From contig NZ_CP007536.1 of assembly GCF_000698785.1 (NCBI RefSeq), positions 480,001 to 512,000 on the forward strand: a stretch of 32,000 nt of DNA, written 5' to 3'. The notes below the pieces were generated by a model. The model was given only the letters and a program-made list of their open reading frames with translations. It had not been told where the DNA came from and ran no database searches. Below, piece by piece: positions 8,379 to 16,784 of this stretch. A program made the position numbers and the translations under genes. Within the stretch, counting starts at the first letter, position 1, and every line of letters starts with the position of its first letter. The DNA is from Nitrososphaera viennensis EN76 (GTDB lineage: Archaea > Thermoproteota > Nitrososphaeria > Nitrososphaerales > Nitrososphaeraceae).

Positions 8379-9146
8379 ATGGCGCTGGACCCAAACGTGC
8401 TGAACCCGTACGTGCTTCTGGACCCAGCGGTTGCGCCGCTCGCAAGCGCCGTGTTCACGGCCGCGTCCATTGCGCTTTCACTTGTCATTTCGTGGTACTT
8501 TTTCCGCTCGTACAGGTTTGCAGGGTTTGGGTACCTGCTTGGCCTGCCGGCGGGGTTCGTGTTCCTTGCCGCGTCGTTTGCGTTTGAGCAGGCAGGCTTT
8601 GCGTACAGCACAGACCCGCTCCTGCACCCCGCGTTTTTCTGGCTGCAGCTTGCGCTCCAGTCAGAGGCCCTTGCGCTCATTGCGATTTCCTACTACTTCA
8701 AGAACGCCGGCGAGCAAGAAGAGGGTCGCCACCGGCTCGGAATAAAGGACGCAGGCATGATCCTGCTCCCTTTAGTAATGGTGGCGGTGCCGTTCCTGCT
8801 GCCGACGTCAGAGATTGCAAGCAAGCCGTACTTTAACTACGCCAAGCTGGCTGATTTCAGCCTCTACATGCGCGTGTTCAACATGGCGGTGCTTGCGTAC
8901 ATATTCACAAACGCCGTGTCGTCGCTTGCGAAATCCGGCATGGCCAAGATGCTGTACGTGCCTGCCGCGTTTGCGCTCCTGTGGCTGGAACAGTATTCGC
9001 TGGTAATGGTGTACTTTGACAACAGCGTCTTTGCGTTTGCCGGCTCGATAATCGCAAGGGTGGGCGGGCTTGCGCTCTTTGCGTACGTCATGCACAGCGC
9101 GACTTCAAGGAGGAGGATAGAGGTTGAGGCAAGAAAAGCGGCATAA
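8379..9146 (+). CDS. Polytopic membrane protein (about 6-7 TM), function unknown
   Basis: Repeated hydrophobic segments run through the whole 255 aa. GC3-rich codon usage matches the neighbouring genes. Confidence 0.6.
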   Translation: MALDPNVLNPYVLLDPAVAPLASAVFTAASIALSLVISWYFFRSYRFAGFGYLLGLPAGFVFLAASFAFEQAGFAYSTDPLLHPAFFWLQLALQSEALALIAISYYFKNAGEQEEGRHRLGIKDAGMILLPLVMVAVPFLLPTSEIASKPYFNYAKLADFSLYMRVFNMAVLAYIFTNAVSSLAKSGMAKMLYVPAAFALLWLEQYSLVMVYFDNSVFAFAGSIIARVGGLALFAYVMHSATSRRRIEVEARKAA

Positions 9147-9396
9147 ATTACAACTATTCTACGAGATCCTCTGCGCCATCGAGGACGACGCCGCGCACAA
9201 CGAGGTCGCCAGGCCGACCCACGTGCAGCACTCGACGCGGCTTTCGTACGACAAGATGATGAACCATTTCTCAGAACTTGAGGAAAAGGGCATGATCCAC
9301 AGGGTAAGCGGCCTTGTCGCAATCACGGCAAAAGGAAGAAAGTTTGTCGAGCAGTACGACGAGCTGACTCGGCTCATCGAAAGCGCAGGCCTCTAG
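9124..9396 (+). CDS. Small winged-helix DNA-binding protein (HTH_45/ArnR-like pattern), TTG start
   Basis: KRHKLQLFYEILCAIEDD...ARPTHVQHSTRLSYDKMMNHFSELEEKGMIHRVSGLVAITAKGRKFVEQY fits the archaeal winged-helix family pattern (name-like helix, recognition helix, wing, then a trailing helix). It overlaps the upstream membrane-protein gene by 23 nt. Confidence 0.6.
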   Translation: MRQEKRHKLQLFYEILCAIEDDAAHNEVARPTHVQHSTRLSYDKMMNHFSELEEKGMIHRVSGLVAITAKGRKFVEQYDELTRLIESAGL

Positions 9397-9610
9397 AGCA
9401 TCCCATAGCCTAAGCATTAGTGGCAAGGTGTCGCTTCACAAGAATAGGTCTGCCTATTGCCAAGGCGACCATTTGCTTTGTCGTACGGTTATTTGGTTTA
9501 GCTCGCAATTAAGCAATTCGTTGGCATTGTCTTTCCAAAGTGTGGAGTGACCTCGGCCTTCGAGAGGAAGGAAGACTCCGGCACTACTACTTGTTATACC
9601 TTCAATGGCA

Positions 9611-10813
9611 CTAATGCCCTTTGTTACTGTGCCGACGTGTAAGAATTACCGCCGCCGTAATTGCAAGCGCTGGAACCAGCATGACAAAGTAGTTGTGAAA
9701 CTCTGGTGCATTTACTTTGTTGTCGTTATCTGACACCTGAAAGATGCCAGTCTGCCCCTGCAAATACAACTTGTTTGTACTTTCATCAACTACAAGGTGA
9801 CTAATGTATTCCTCTAAATTAGGGACATAGCCCCGGAGAACCACATCGTTTGAAAGGCCGTCTACCTCGACTATGCCGCCGCCACTCATGACATATATCG
9901 TGTTTGTATTGGAGTTAATGGTCAGGTAAAGACTACTCTTTGTGATATCGGGACTAATTATGGCATTTGATGTGCCATTTACCGCAACCAAGTATCCGGT
10001 CGAAAATGAAACACCCTCATTTGGTGATCGAGATCCATATAATATCTGATTGATGACATACACCACATTCGTGTCAGGATTCACTGCAATTGCCTTTAGA
10101 ATATTGCCAGTGGCATTTACTTCATCTGGTGGCAGGCCAATTGTGACATTGCCAACAACCTTGTTTGTCGCACCATCTATCTTGTACAAAGTTGTCGCAT
10201 TATCTATCACGTACACTTCGTTGGTTTTTGGATTGACGTCTATTCCTTGAACGTTAATGCTTTTCCCTATCCTGCCGACGATCTCGTTATTGTTAGAACC
10301 ATCTATCACGGTTAGCGAGCCTGAACCAGAGCCGACATATACCCTGCCGGTGTTCGGATTGAGTGCGATAGGCGCCGCATATCTGCTCACGCCGACTACA
10401 GTATCTTCAACCCTGGCAGATTCAATTCCTTTAGAATAATCTACTACGGTTACATCAAGTCCCGCAGGGCAGTTGCACGCATGCATGACATAAGCTTTAT
10501 CCGTAGTAGAGTTGACTGCAACAGCGTATGGATAGGGTCCTATTTCCACGCTCTTTGTGATGTTGTTTCTTAAATCATAGAGTACCAGTGCCCGATTGTC
10601 ACTGTCTGTAAAGAACAGGATTTGCCTAGACGTGTCTATTCCAATGTCGTGCACATTCAAAGTATTATTCCCATAGGGAATGAACCTTTCAATTGGCATC
10701 TCCATGAAAGTTTCATTACCGTCCTGTTGTTGACCGAAAGAATGCTGCGCTTCCAATAAGTATGGAGCAAATAACAGAATGCCCATTATGGCCGCAAGTC
10801 CAGCTTGCAACAA
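9611..10813 (-). CDS. YVTN-family beta-propeller repeat surface protein with N-terminal signal-like segment and C-terminal TM anchor
   Basis: Recurrent ~40-aa repeats of the type P.GIDVNPKTNEVYVIDNATTLYKIDGATNKVVGNV. The C-terminus FVMLVPALAITAAVILTRRHSNKGH is a TM helix with a basic tail. TTG start with a TATA-like TTTAATATA ~25-30 nt upstream. Confidence 0.7.
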   Translation of the reverse strand: MLQAGLAAIMGILLFAPYLLEAQHSFGQQQDGNETFMEMPIERFIPYGNNTLNVHDIGIDTSRQILFFTDSDNRALVLYDLRNNITKSVEIGPYPYAVAVNSTTDKAYVMHACNCPAGLDVTVVDYSKGIESARVEDTVVGVSRYAAPIALNPNTGRVYVGSGSGSLTVIDGSNNNEIVGRIGKSINVQGIDVNPKTNEVYVIDNATTLYKIDGATNKVVGNVTIGLPPDEVNATGNILKAIAVNPDTNVVYVINQILYGSRSPNEGVSFSTGYLVAVNGTSNAIISPDITKSSLYLTINSNTNTIYVMSGGGIVEVDGLSNDVVLRGYVPNLEEYISHLVVDESTNKLYLQGQTGIFQVSDNDNKVNAPEFHNYFVMLVPALAITAAVILTRRHSNKGH

Positions 10814-10934
10814 CAGGTAAGAGTGTTATCTGTATATTAAAGAATACCGAATGCTCGCTCTAGACTCTCATTCCTATATTTTCATGGTTAGCGCTGGCCG
10901 AATCGCTAGGTAGAGCAGTTGCCTATGACGATTA

Positions 10935-11275
10935 CTATAACGATTTCTGGAATACCCCTATAGCATTGTCGAGTTGCTGGAGTATGCGCAATTGTTCCTC
11001 ATAGCCGACAATTATATCGTCGAATTGTTCTCCTCCGACAGAACCGTCAAGCTTCGCGCGTATCTTTTCGAGTATTGATATTACGGTTCGGTAATCGTGA
11101 TTTTCAGCTGCCGCCCTTGCCCCCTGAGCATGACCTTGCAAAGCATCATGAAAAGTGCGCTTCTCCGCAACAGCGTGAGGAGGATCACGAATTTGCTAGC
11201 ATTTGCAGTTTGCAACATTTCATCAATCGTGTTGATGGTCATGAGACGCATTTGTTGGAGGTCATCACCTGTCAT
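10935..11275 (-). pseudogene. Frameshifted C-terminal tail of the disrupted metalloprotease gene
   Basis: Protein-like sequence continues across three different frames: ...DDWSNIKLPFTHLE (frame of 11272..11847), then ...GTYANGTSIFVADNEMTGDDLQQMRLMTINTIDEMLQTANA, then QIRDPPHAVAEKRTFHDALQGHAQGARAAAENHDYRTVISILEKIRAKLDGSVGGEQFDDIIVGYEEQLRILQQLDNAIGVFQKSL*. Confidence 0.45.
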
Positions 11276-11847
11276 TTCATTATCAGCAACGAAAATGCTT
11301 GTACCGTTGGCATACGTTCCAGATGAGTAAATGGAAGTTTGATGTTTGACCAGTCATCATACCCCGTCAATGAAGTAAGAGCGCTAATGTCATAGCACTC
11401 AGGGATATTGGGACTAAAGTTGTTAATGCTCTCTTCAACTCCATCGTCACCATCAAAATCGTCGCGGTTCCAGTCGATAGGCTGACCTGTCGGTGCAGTC
11501 CGGATTGTTGGGCTAACACCTGTCTGTCCATAGGCAGTTGTTAGGCCTGATGGAGTACTTGCAGATACTCCATCTGGTTCATAGAGCTCAACTTCATCAA
11601 GTGTGGCAAGTGCCGATCTTGAATAATCCAATGGCCTATTAGACACAGGAGCTGGAAACGTGAATGCATAATTCATCACGCTTAGATAATTCGGCTTGCA
11701 ATTGATGTCGACACCACCGCCGTGGCGAAGGCCGAGGTTATGACCTAATTCATGCATGAATGCCCCCGCCTGCTGTTCCCTGTTGCCTACTTGGTGATTT
11801 CCTTGAAAAGGATCAGTTGCAAAATCGTCGGTTCCCAACGAGACCAT
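11272..11847 (-). CDS. Metzincin (reprolysin-like) zinc metalloprotease catalytic fragment; 3' half of a split gene (frame open upstream to 11904)
   Basis: FMHELGHNLGLRHGG is an HExxHxxGxxH zinc site, followed by NCKPNYLSVMNY. Upstream of the annotated Met the same frame reads SGTSGIAEIAGNDF, so the Met is internal to the domain. Confidence 0.7.
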   Translation of the reverse strand: MVSLGTDDFATDPFQGNHQVGNREQQAGAFMHELGHNLGLRHGGGVDINCKPNYLSVMNYAFTFPAPVSNRPLDYSRSALATLDEVELYEPDGVSASTPSGLTTAYGQTGVSPTIRTAPTGQPIDWNRDDFDGDDGVEESINNFSPNIPECYDISALTSLTGYDDWSNIKLPFTHLERMPTVQAFSLLIMK

Positions 11848-11880
11848 GAAATCATTTCCTGCAATCTCTGCAATTCCAGA

Positions 11881-13118
11881 GGTTCCAGATAGTCGGCAGC
11901 AGTCTCAGCCGCAACGATGCCACGGAACTTGCCAATCAGCTAAAGCCCAAGTTCATGGAGTGGGTGCAACAGGCCCTCAAGAACTCGAAGTCCAAGGCAG
12001 GGAGAGTATGATTACCTATCTTTTATAGGGAATCTTTATCTAACGCCATTTTCCCTAAGCGGATATGGTAGACGCAGGTTGGTCCAGTCCGACGTCGGAT
12101 GCCAATAAGCCGAAGGTCTTCAGCTACCGCAAGATCGCCCTCCTTGGCATAATCGGGTTAGTGGCCGCTCTCGCCATCCAAATCGTTATGACAAACGGGC
12201 TCCAATCAACGATAAAACATCCATACGTAAACACAGTCTACGGCCTGAGCATTGATTTCCCGCGCGGCTGGTGGATGAACGAGAATTATTCCTTCAAGAC
12301 AGTCAACGGCGACCAGCAGAACGCAATAGTGATGTTCTACTCTGCCAATGTTGGAACCATAACGGTATCAGCTAATGACCTTCCCCCGAACCCGTCCCTC
12401 GATGCGGTCTTTTCAGACGCCAAAAATACTCTGATAGAGAAATACAAAGCGTATAATTTGATCATCTTGAGAGAGGGCGCCACTACCATCGGAACCAATG
12501 GCACGTACGACGCCCGGTTTATCGAAGTGACACTAACGGCGGATAACAAGCTCCTGAAGGAGGAGCTGGTCTACACTATCCACGACGGCAAGAGATACGT
12601 ACTGACTATTTCCGCGCCTGCCGATCAGTATCCTTCAGCGCTTCCATTGTTCCAGAAATCCATCACGTCGTTGGCCTTTGGTAGTGATGCCATCACACCC
12701 GACAAGGCTGTTCCTGTTCCGACAAATCCGCCCCCCTCACAGAATCCCAACACCGGCATCCAGGCATAAAGCATCGAACAAGTAGTAATTCTCTATTAAC
12801 GAATCACGGCCTCTTTTTATCGTCGCTAGATGGCCGATATTATCCTCAAGATGACCAGCCCCAGCACCTACACCTACCATATCAAGGTGCGGTCGTCCTT
12901 CTCCGATACGCTCAGCACACCTGTTACCAAGATCGAGATGCCGGAGGCAGATGCTTCCCGGAACCAAATAACCAAGATAGAGGGCAACAGTGAAAAGTTC
13001 CAGATCGTCTGGATATTGGACGACTGGACTGGCAAGGTCCCCACGCTTGTCGATGAGTTGACGGGCCCCAACGCCATCCTGACGATAAAGGACCAGATCA
13101 ACTTCCTCCGCAAGACCA
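11881..13118. other. ~1.24-kb block inserted into the protease gene in antisense orientation; flanked by TCCAGA at 11875-11880 and 13119-13124
   Basis: The block separates two halves of one protease domain. All of its coding content is on the plus strand: a 3' gene fragment, an intact 234-aa ORF and a 5' gene fragment. I found no transposase and no terminal inverted repeats. Confidence 0.5.
12065..12769 (+). CDS. Membrane-anchored extracytoplasmic protein, PsbP/DUF1795-like fold pattern
   Basis: N-terminal TM IALLGIIGLVAALAIQIVM, then the pattern YGLSIDFPRGWWMNE...ITVSANDL...YDARFIEVTL...RYVLTISAPADQYPSALPLFQKSITSLAF, typical of PsbP-like domains. Pro-rich tail. Confidence 0.5.
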   Translation: MVDAGWSSPTSDANKPKVFSYRKIALLGIIGLVAALAIQIVMTNGLQSTIKHPYVNTVYGLSIDFPRGWWMNENYSFKTVNGDQQNAIVMFYSANVGTITVSANDLPPNPSLDAVFSDAKNTLIEKYKAYNLIILREGATTIGTNGTYDARFIEVTLTADNKLLKEELVYTIHDGKRYVLTISAPADQYPSALPLFQKSITSLAFGSDAITPDKAVPVPTNPPPSQNPNTGIQA

Positions 13119-13183
13119 TCCAGAAGCACCAGCTCGCTCATGGATCCATACATTGTAATGATATATCTTCTTCTTGGCATTGA
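12830..13183 (+). CDS. Hypothetical ORF, probably a 5' gene fragment that reads across the insertion junction
   Basis: MADIILKMTSPSTYTYHIKV... has a TATA-like tctattaa ~30 nt upstream. Its last ~21 codons (from ~13119) are antisense to the BNR ORF and are probably not native. Confidence 0.3.
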   Translation: MADIILKMTSPSTYTYHIKVRSSFSDTLSTPVTKIEMPEADASRNQITKIEGNSEKFQIVWILDDWTGKVPTLVDELTGPNAILTIKDQINFLRKTIQKHQLAHGSIHCNDISSSWH

Positions 13184-15239
13184 GAATATTATCGTGATTC
13201 GCAACGCCTCTTTCTGCAACAGTGCCAAAGCTTGCGGCTTTGATAGTATTGAAAGCTGATGGCCAAGATGTTGTATCGTTATGAGTAAGTTGCTCATCCA
13301 AATCCAAGTGCAAGGTAATGCCGTTGATACTATCTGGATTAGACACAGGGGCATTAGCAAAGGCAGTTATGACATCATTTCTTGAATCAGAACGCATTCC
13401 ATGAAATTGCATATAGTCAATCTCTACGTAGATGTCCTTGTGGTTCTGATTTGAAGCAGCGGGGGTAAAGTCTGCCGTCCCATCCCAGTTTGAGTCGATC
13501 CCATTTGCTTCCCAGTTGCTGTATACGCCATCTCTGTCTACGTCCCAGTCGGACTTGTCAAACCTCAGGTTGAACGGCGACGAGGAGCCTTCTATCCACA
13601 GCGCCATGGGATAACCGGAACCTGCGGTGAGCTGCGCTGGAGATGTGAAGGTCGTACCAAACGGATTGACAGGTGCCTGCCAGGAATTGAGAACCTTCTT
13701 GGTATCGTAAACCCTGTTTCCTGAGAGGCTATAGACGTGAATTACCCCGTCAGCCGTTATCGTGATCGATGGGAGCGTGTGCGACAACGTACTGTCTGCT
13801 GTTTCGGTACCTAGCCAAGAGCCCGTGTAGTTCCACTTTGCAATCTTTATCGAGCCGGAGTTGCCGCCGGTGAGGTAAGCGACGTACGCCTTTTGGACGC
13901 CGTCGCTGTCTGCCGACACGTGTTTCAGGGTGTTGGCCGTTGCGCCTATGCTGCTGACCGTAATCTCTGAGCCCCACGTGCTGCCATCGAATACCCTGTA
14001 CTTGATGTCGTCGGTAAAGTATCTCATGTACCCAAAGAGCATTTTCCCGGAGGCCAGAGGGGTGAGGAACATCTCGATTCTGGTGCCCGCCCCACTGTCT
14101 GTCTGGGCCAGAGACGTGCCCCATGTCAATCCTCCATCGGTAGAGTTCATTATCTGGTACTTGTAGGACGTGGCACCCGACGGAATCCACCTGAACGCAG
14201 CATAGACGTTGCCGCTTGTATCGGCTGATGCGACGCTAGCGGCGCACGCACTCGTTCCGCAGGACGCAAAGTTCGCCGCAGAGAACAGCAGCGTTTCGTT
14301 GCTCCAGGTGATCGAGGTCAGACTGACATTGCCCCTCTTTCCATAAAAGTTGGTGTTGGAACCGGAAGCCTTGTAATAGAGAAGCGTGACGTAGTCCGTT
14401 CCAGAGACGTTTTCGGTCGTCACGGTGTACCTGTAAGCGTCACCGTTGACTGCCCCAGAGCCTGAAGAAGTAGCGCCGCTCCAGGTTGCTCCAAAGTCGG
14501 TGGAGGACCTATAAACAATGTTGGATCCATCAAAATAGAACATGAAAAGATTATTACCGATGCGCACTTGACGCCTCTCTCCTTCATAATAATCTGAAGA
14601 ACCCGGCGAAAGAACGGCCGATATCGTGGAGACGGTAGTAGGATCAATAAAGAAGGTCTTACCGACAGGCACGTTTATCGTCCCGCCCTCGCTGTCGTAT
14701 AATACAGGCTGGCCAGCGGTCGTAGCGTCCGACCAGTCGAGTCCAATGCCAGAGGAGCCATAAGTCGAGTTGGAGTAGTAGTTCTGCGAGAGAGACAAGA
14801 ACCTGTCGCCCTCGACCTTCAATTCTTGCCCGGAGCCAAGAAGGAGCAGTCTTATGGTATGACCGTTGGCGCTGGTCCCGACGATGTCGAATTTGTACTT
14901 GCTTACCGCGCCGTCAGAACTTCTGACAGGCTTCCAAACGATGTCGTACTGGTAGTCTCTTCCCGTCACTCTTTGATCGATAACCGTGCTGTTGCTCAAG
15001 AGCGAAAAAGATGAGCCGGCCAGGTCCAGCGTGAACGCAAATCGGCTGCCCTGGTTGTCAGACAACAGGGTAGTGCCATTTGGAAACCAGACTATGTTTT
15101 GCACCAGCTCCGCGGCAGTCTCGCCGTTGAACCTGAGCAGAGGTGTCAAGAAGGATCTTTCGATAGAGACGTTTGATTCGACGAGTGATTCCGAGACCGA
15201 GCTTGTAATATGCGAGGTCAACGCCAAGCCAGAATTCAC
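13098..15239 (-). CDS. BNR/Asp-box (sialidase-like) beta-propeller protein carrying the first part of a metalloprotease domain; 5' half of a split gene
   Basis: Asp-box motifs STDFGATWSG and STDGGLTWGT. The C-terminal end ...DIYVEIDYM...GITLHLDLDE...KKKIYHYNVWIHERAGASG is the N-terminal part of the reprolysin-like domain that continues at 11904. Only a GTG start is available, there is no signal peptide, and the frame is closed by TAA at 15267-15269. Confidence 0.7.
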   Translation of the reverse strand: MNSGLALTSHITSSVSESLVESNVSIERSFLTPLLRFNGETAAELVQNIVWFPNGTTLLSDNQGSRFAFTLDLAGSSFSLLSNSTVIDQRVTGRDYQYDIVWKPVRSSDGAVSKYKFDIVGTSANGHTIRLLLLGSGQELKVEGDRFLSLSQNYYSNSTYGSSGIGLDWSDATTAGQPVLYDSEGGTINVPVGKTFFIDPTTVSTISAVLSPGSSDYYEGERRQVRIGNNLFMFYFDGSNIVYRSSTDFGATWSGATSSGSGAVNGDAYRYTVTTENVSGTDYVTLLYYKASGSNTNFYGKRGNVSLTSITWSNETLLFSAANFASCGTSACAASVASADTSGNVYAAFRWIPSGATSYKYQIMNSTDGGLTWGTSLAQTDSGAGTRIEMFLTPLASGKMLFGYMRYFTDDIKYRVFDGSTWGSEITVSSIGATANTLKHVSADSDGVQKAYVAYLTGGNSGSIKIAKWNYTGSWLGTETADSTLSHTLPSITITADGVIHVYSLSGNRVYDTKKVLNSWQAPVNPFGTTFTSPAQLTAGSGYPMALWIEGSSSPFNLRFDKSDWDVDRDGVYSNWEANGIDSNWDGTADFTPAASNQNHKDIYVEIDYMQFHGMRSDSRNDVITAFANAPVSNPDSINGITLHLDLDEQLTHNDTTSWPSAFNTIKAASFGTVAERGVANHDNILNAKKKIYHYNVWIHERAGASGWSCGGS

Positions 15240-15570
15240 ACTAGCAAGAATCGAAAAGGGGATATATTATTACTAATAAATTTGATGCCTGACTGACAAT
15301 ATTATGAGCAATGTCATAATTTATTCAATCATTTTTCCAAAACAGAGTCGAAATGCTTGCTATGCTGTTTTGACGTTAAAAAACACTCTGCAGACGGGGT
15401 TAGACAGCATCGGCCTAAATGAAAGATCTCCATATTATTGAATGCTAGATATGTGCCTGTATTCAGAACATCGTTACTCCTAACCAACCTGATTCTCAAA
15501 TCAGAAGAAATTCTGATGCCACCATCATCCTACTCCTGATGAAGCAGATAATTTGTGCCTGAGCTGCTCT

Positions 15571-16455
15571 CTAGAATAAGAGGCTGACTGCAAGCACAAA
15601 GCCGGTTATGCGCGAGTACGTCACAGCAGCAGACATGGCCGGCACAAACTCTTGTGCCGTTTTTGGGTCGTTTCGCATTGCAGCTGCCGCCTTGACTGCA
15701 AACGGAAGTGATGCAAGACTTGCAAGCGAGTAGATTTTTGTAAAGCCAAGGAAAATGCCTGCAACTATCAGGGCGTACGCCGCTATAATGAAAACTGGAA
15801 AGGCTTGAGCAGCCTTGCGCTTTCCCATCAGTATGACAAGCGTCCTGCGGCCCTTTGACCTGTCGGCGTCAAAGTCAGGAAAAGAGTTGACAAAAAGCAC
15901 GGTTGCCGACAAAAGGCCGACGATGGTGCCAACGAAAATCGCGGCAGGGTCGATTAGCCCAGTCTGCACAAAGAACGTGCCAAGCACTATCATGGCACCC
16001 TTTATCGCGACAAACAGTTCTCCAAGTCCCGAGTTGACGATTGAAGTCGAGTAAAAGTAGATGGCAACCACTGCAAAGCCGAGTATGACTGCAACAGTCA
16101 CGCCGCGTATTGCAACAAAATACGCGCCGACTGCGCCCCCCAGGATCAGGAACATGAGGCCTGCGGCATAGACCGCCTTTGGGGTGAGAATGTTTTCGGG
16201 AAGCACTCCGGTCCCGCCGGAGAATTTCGTTCTGGTCGTCGCCGAATCGATTCCGCGCTTGTGGTCCCAGTAGTCGTTGAGGAGATCGACGCTTGCGTGC
16301 AGGCACGCGACGCCGGCGTACGTCAGGCCGGCGTACAGCGGGTCGATGGTTCCGAACTTCCAGTAGGCAATCGCAAGGCCGTTTGACACGGCGATGACTG
16401 ACGCAAGCAGGAACCTGATGCGTATGGCCCTAAGCCAGCTGGAAAGCAACGCCAA
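15571..16455 (-). CDS. UbiA-superfamily aromatic prenyltransferase, MenA-like
   Basis: Asp-rich motifs NDYWDHKRGID and DFDADRSKGRRTL; about 8-9 TM segments. Confidence 0.8.
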   Translation of the reverse strand: MALLSSWLRAIRIRFLLASVIAVSNGLAIAYWKFGTIDPLYAGLTYAGVACLHASVDLLNDYWDHKRGIDSATTRTKFSGGTGVLPENILTPKAVYAAGLMFLILGGAVGAYFVAIRGVTVAVILGFAVVAIYFYSTSIVNSGLGELFVAIKGAMIVLGTFFVQTGLIDPAAIFVGTIVGLLSATVLFVNSFPDFDADRSKGRRTLVILMGKRKAAQAFPVFIIAAYALIVAGIFLGFTKIYSLASLASLPFAVKAAAAMRNDPKTAQEFVPAMSAAVTYSRITGFVLAVSLLF

Positions 16456-16540
16456 CTACAGGATCTTTAGCGGGCGCGGCGCCTTCTATGTTTTTTGAAA
16501 AACTAAAGCTTCATTAATGATCGTTTTGCATGCATTCCCA

Positions 16541-16780
16541 ATGGCAGAGGCATACATTCTCATCAATTGCGAACTTGGTTCTGAAGACAACGTCATCAAG
16601 GAACTGAAGGCAATATCGGGCGTCTCGGAAGTAAAGGGCGTCTTTGGGGTCTACGACATTATTGCCAGAGTGAATGCGTCAAACGACGAGGACTTGAAAA
16701 AGGCCGTCGGCAAGATCCGCGGCCACCACGGAATCAAGTCAAGCCTCACCATGATGGTAATAGAAGGGCAGGGCACGTAG
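16541..16780 (+). CDS. Stand-alone Lrp/AsnC-type ligand-binding (RAM) domain protein
   Basis: MAEAYILINCELGSEDNVIKELKAISGVSEVKGVFGVYDIIARVNASNDEDLKKAV fits the AsnC_trans_reg beta-alpha-beta-beta-alpha-beta pattern. The track ORF begins 8 codons earlier, at 16517. Confidence 0.65.
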   Translation: MAEAYILINCELGSEDNVIKELKAISGVSEVKGVFGVYDIIARVNASNDEDLKKAVGKIRGHHGIKSSLTMMVIEGQGT

Positions 16781-16784
16781 AGAT

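Noticed and set aside
8290-8445. N-terminal 52-aa extension of the aldo/keto reductase ORF
   Set aside because: The sequence is low-complexity (MRAAQPLGPEARTGSARLGPAPYG...) and overlaps the divergent gene start at 8379. The AKR fold begins downstream. The start remains uncertain.
11846-12028. 60-aa plus-strand track ORF at the left edge of the inserted block
   Set aside because: A different frame in the same interval reads more protein-like (...NDATELANQLKPKFMEWVQQALKNSKSKAGRV*) but lacks a start. I treat the interval as a gene fragment, not a gene.
11881-13118. Terminal inverted repeats or a classical IS/MITE structure for the inserted block
   Set aside because: I compared the first ~40 nt with the reverse complement of the last ~40 nt. 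Only a trivial GGT-C match was found, and there is no transposase. It is therefore not called a mobile_element.
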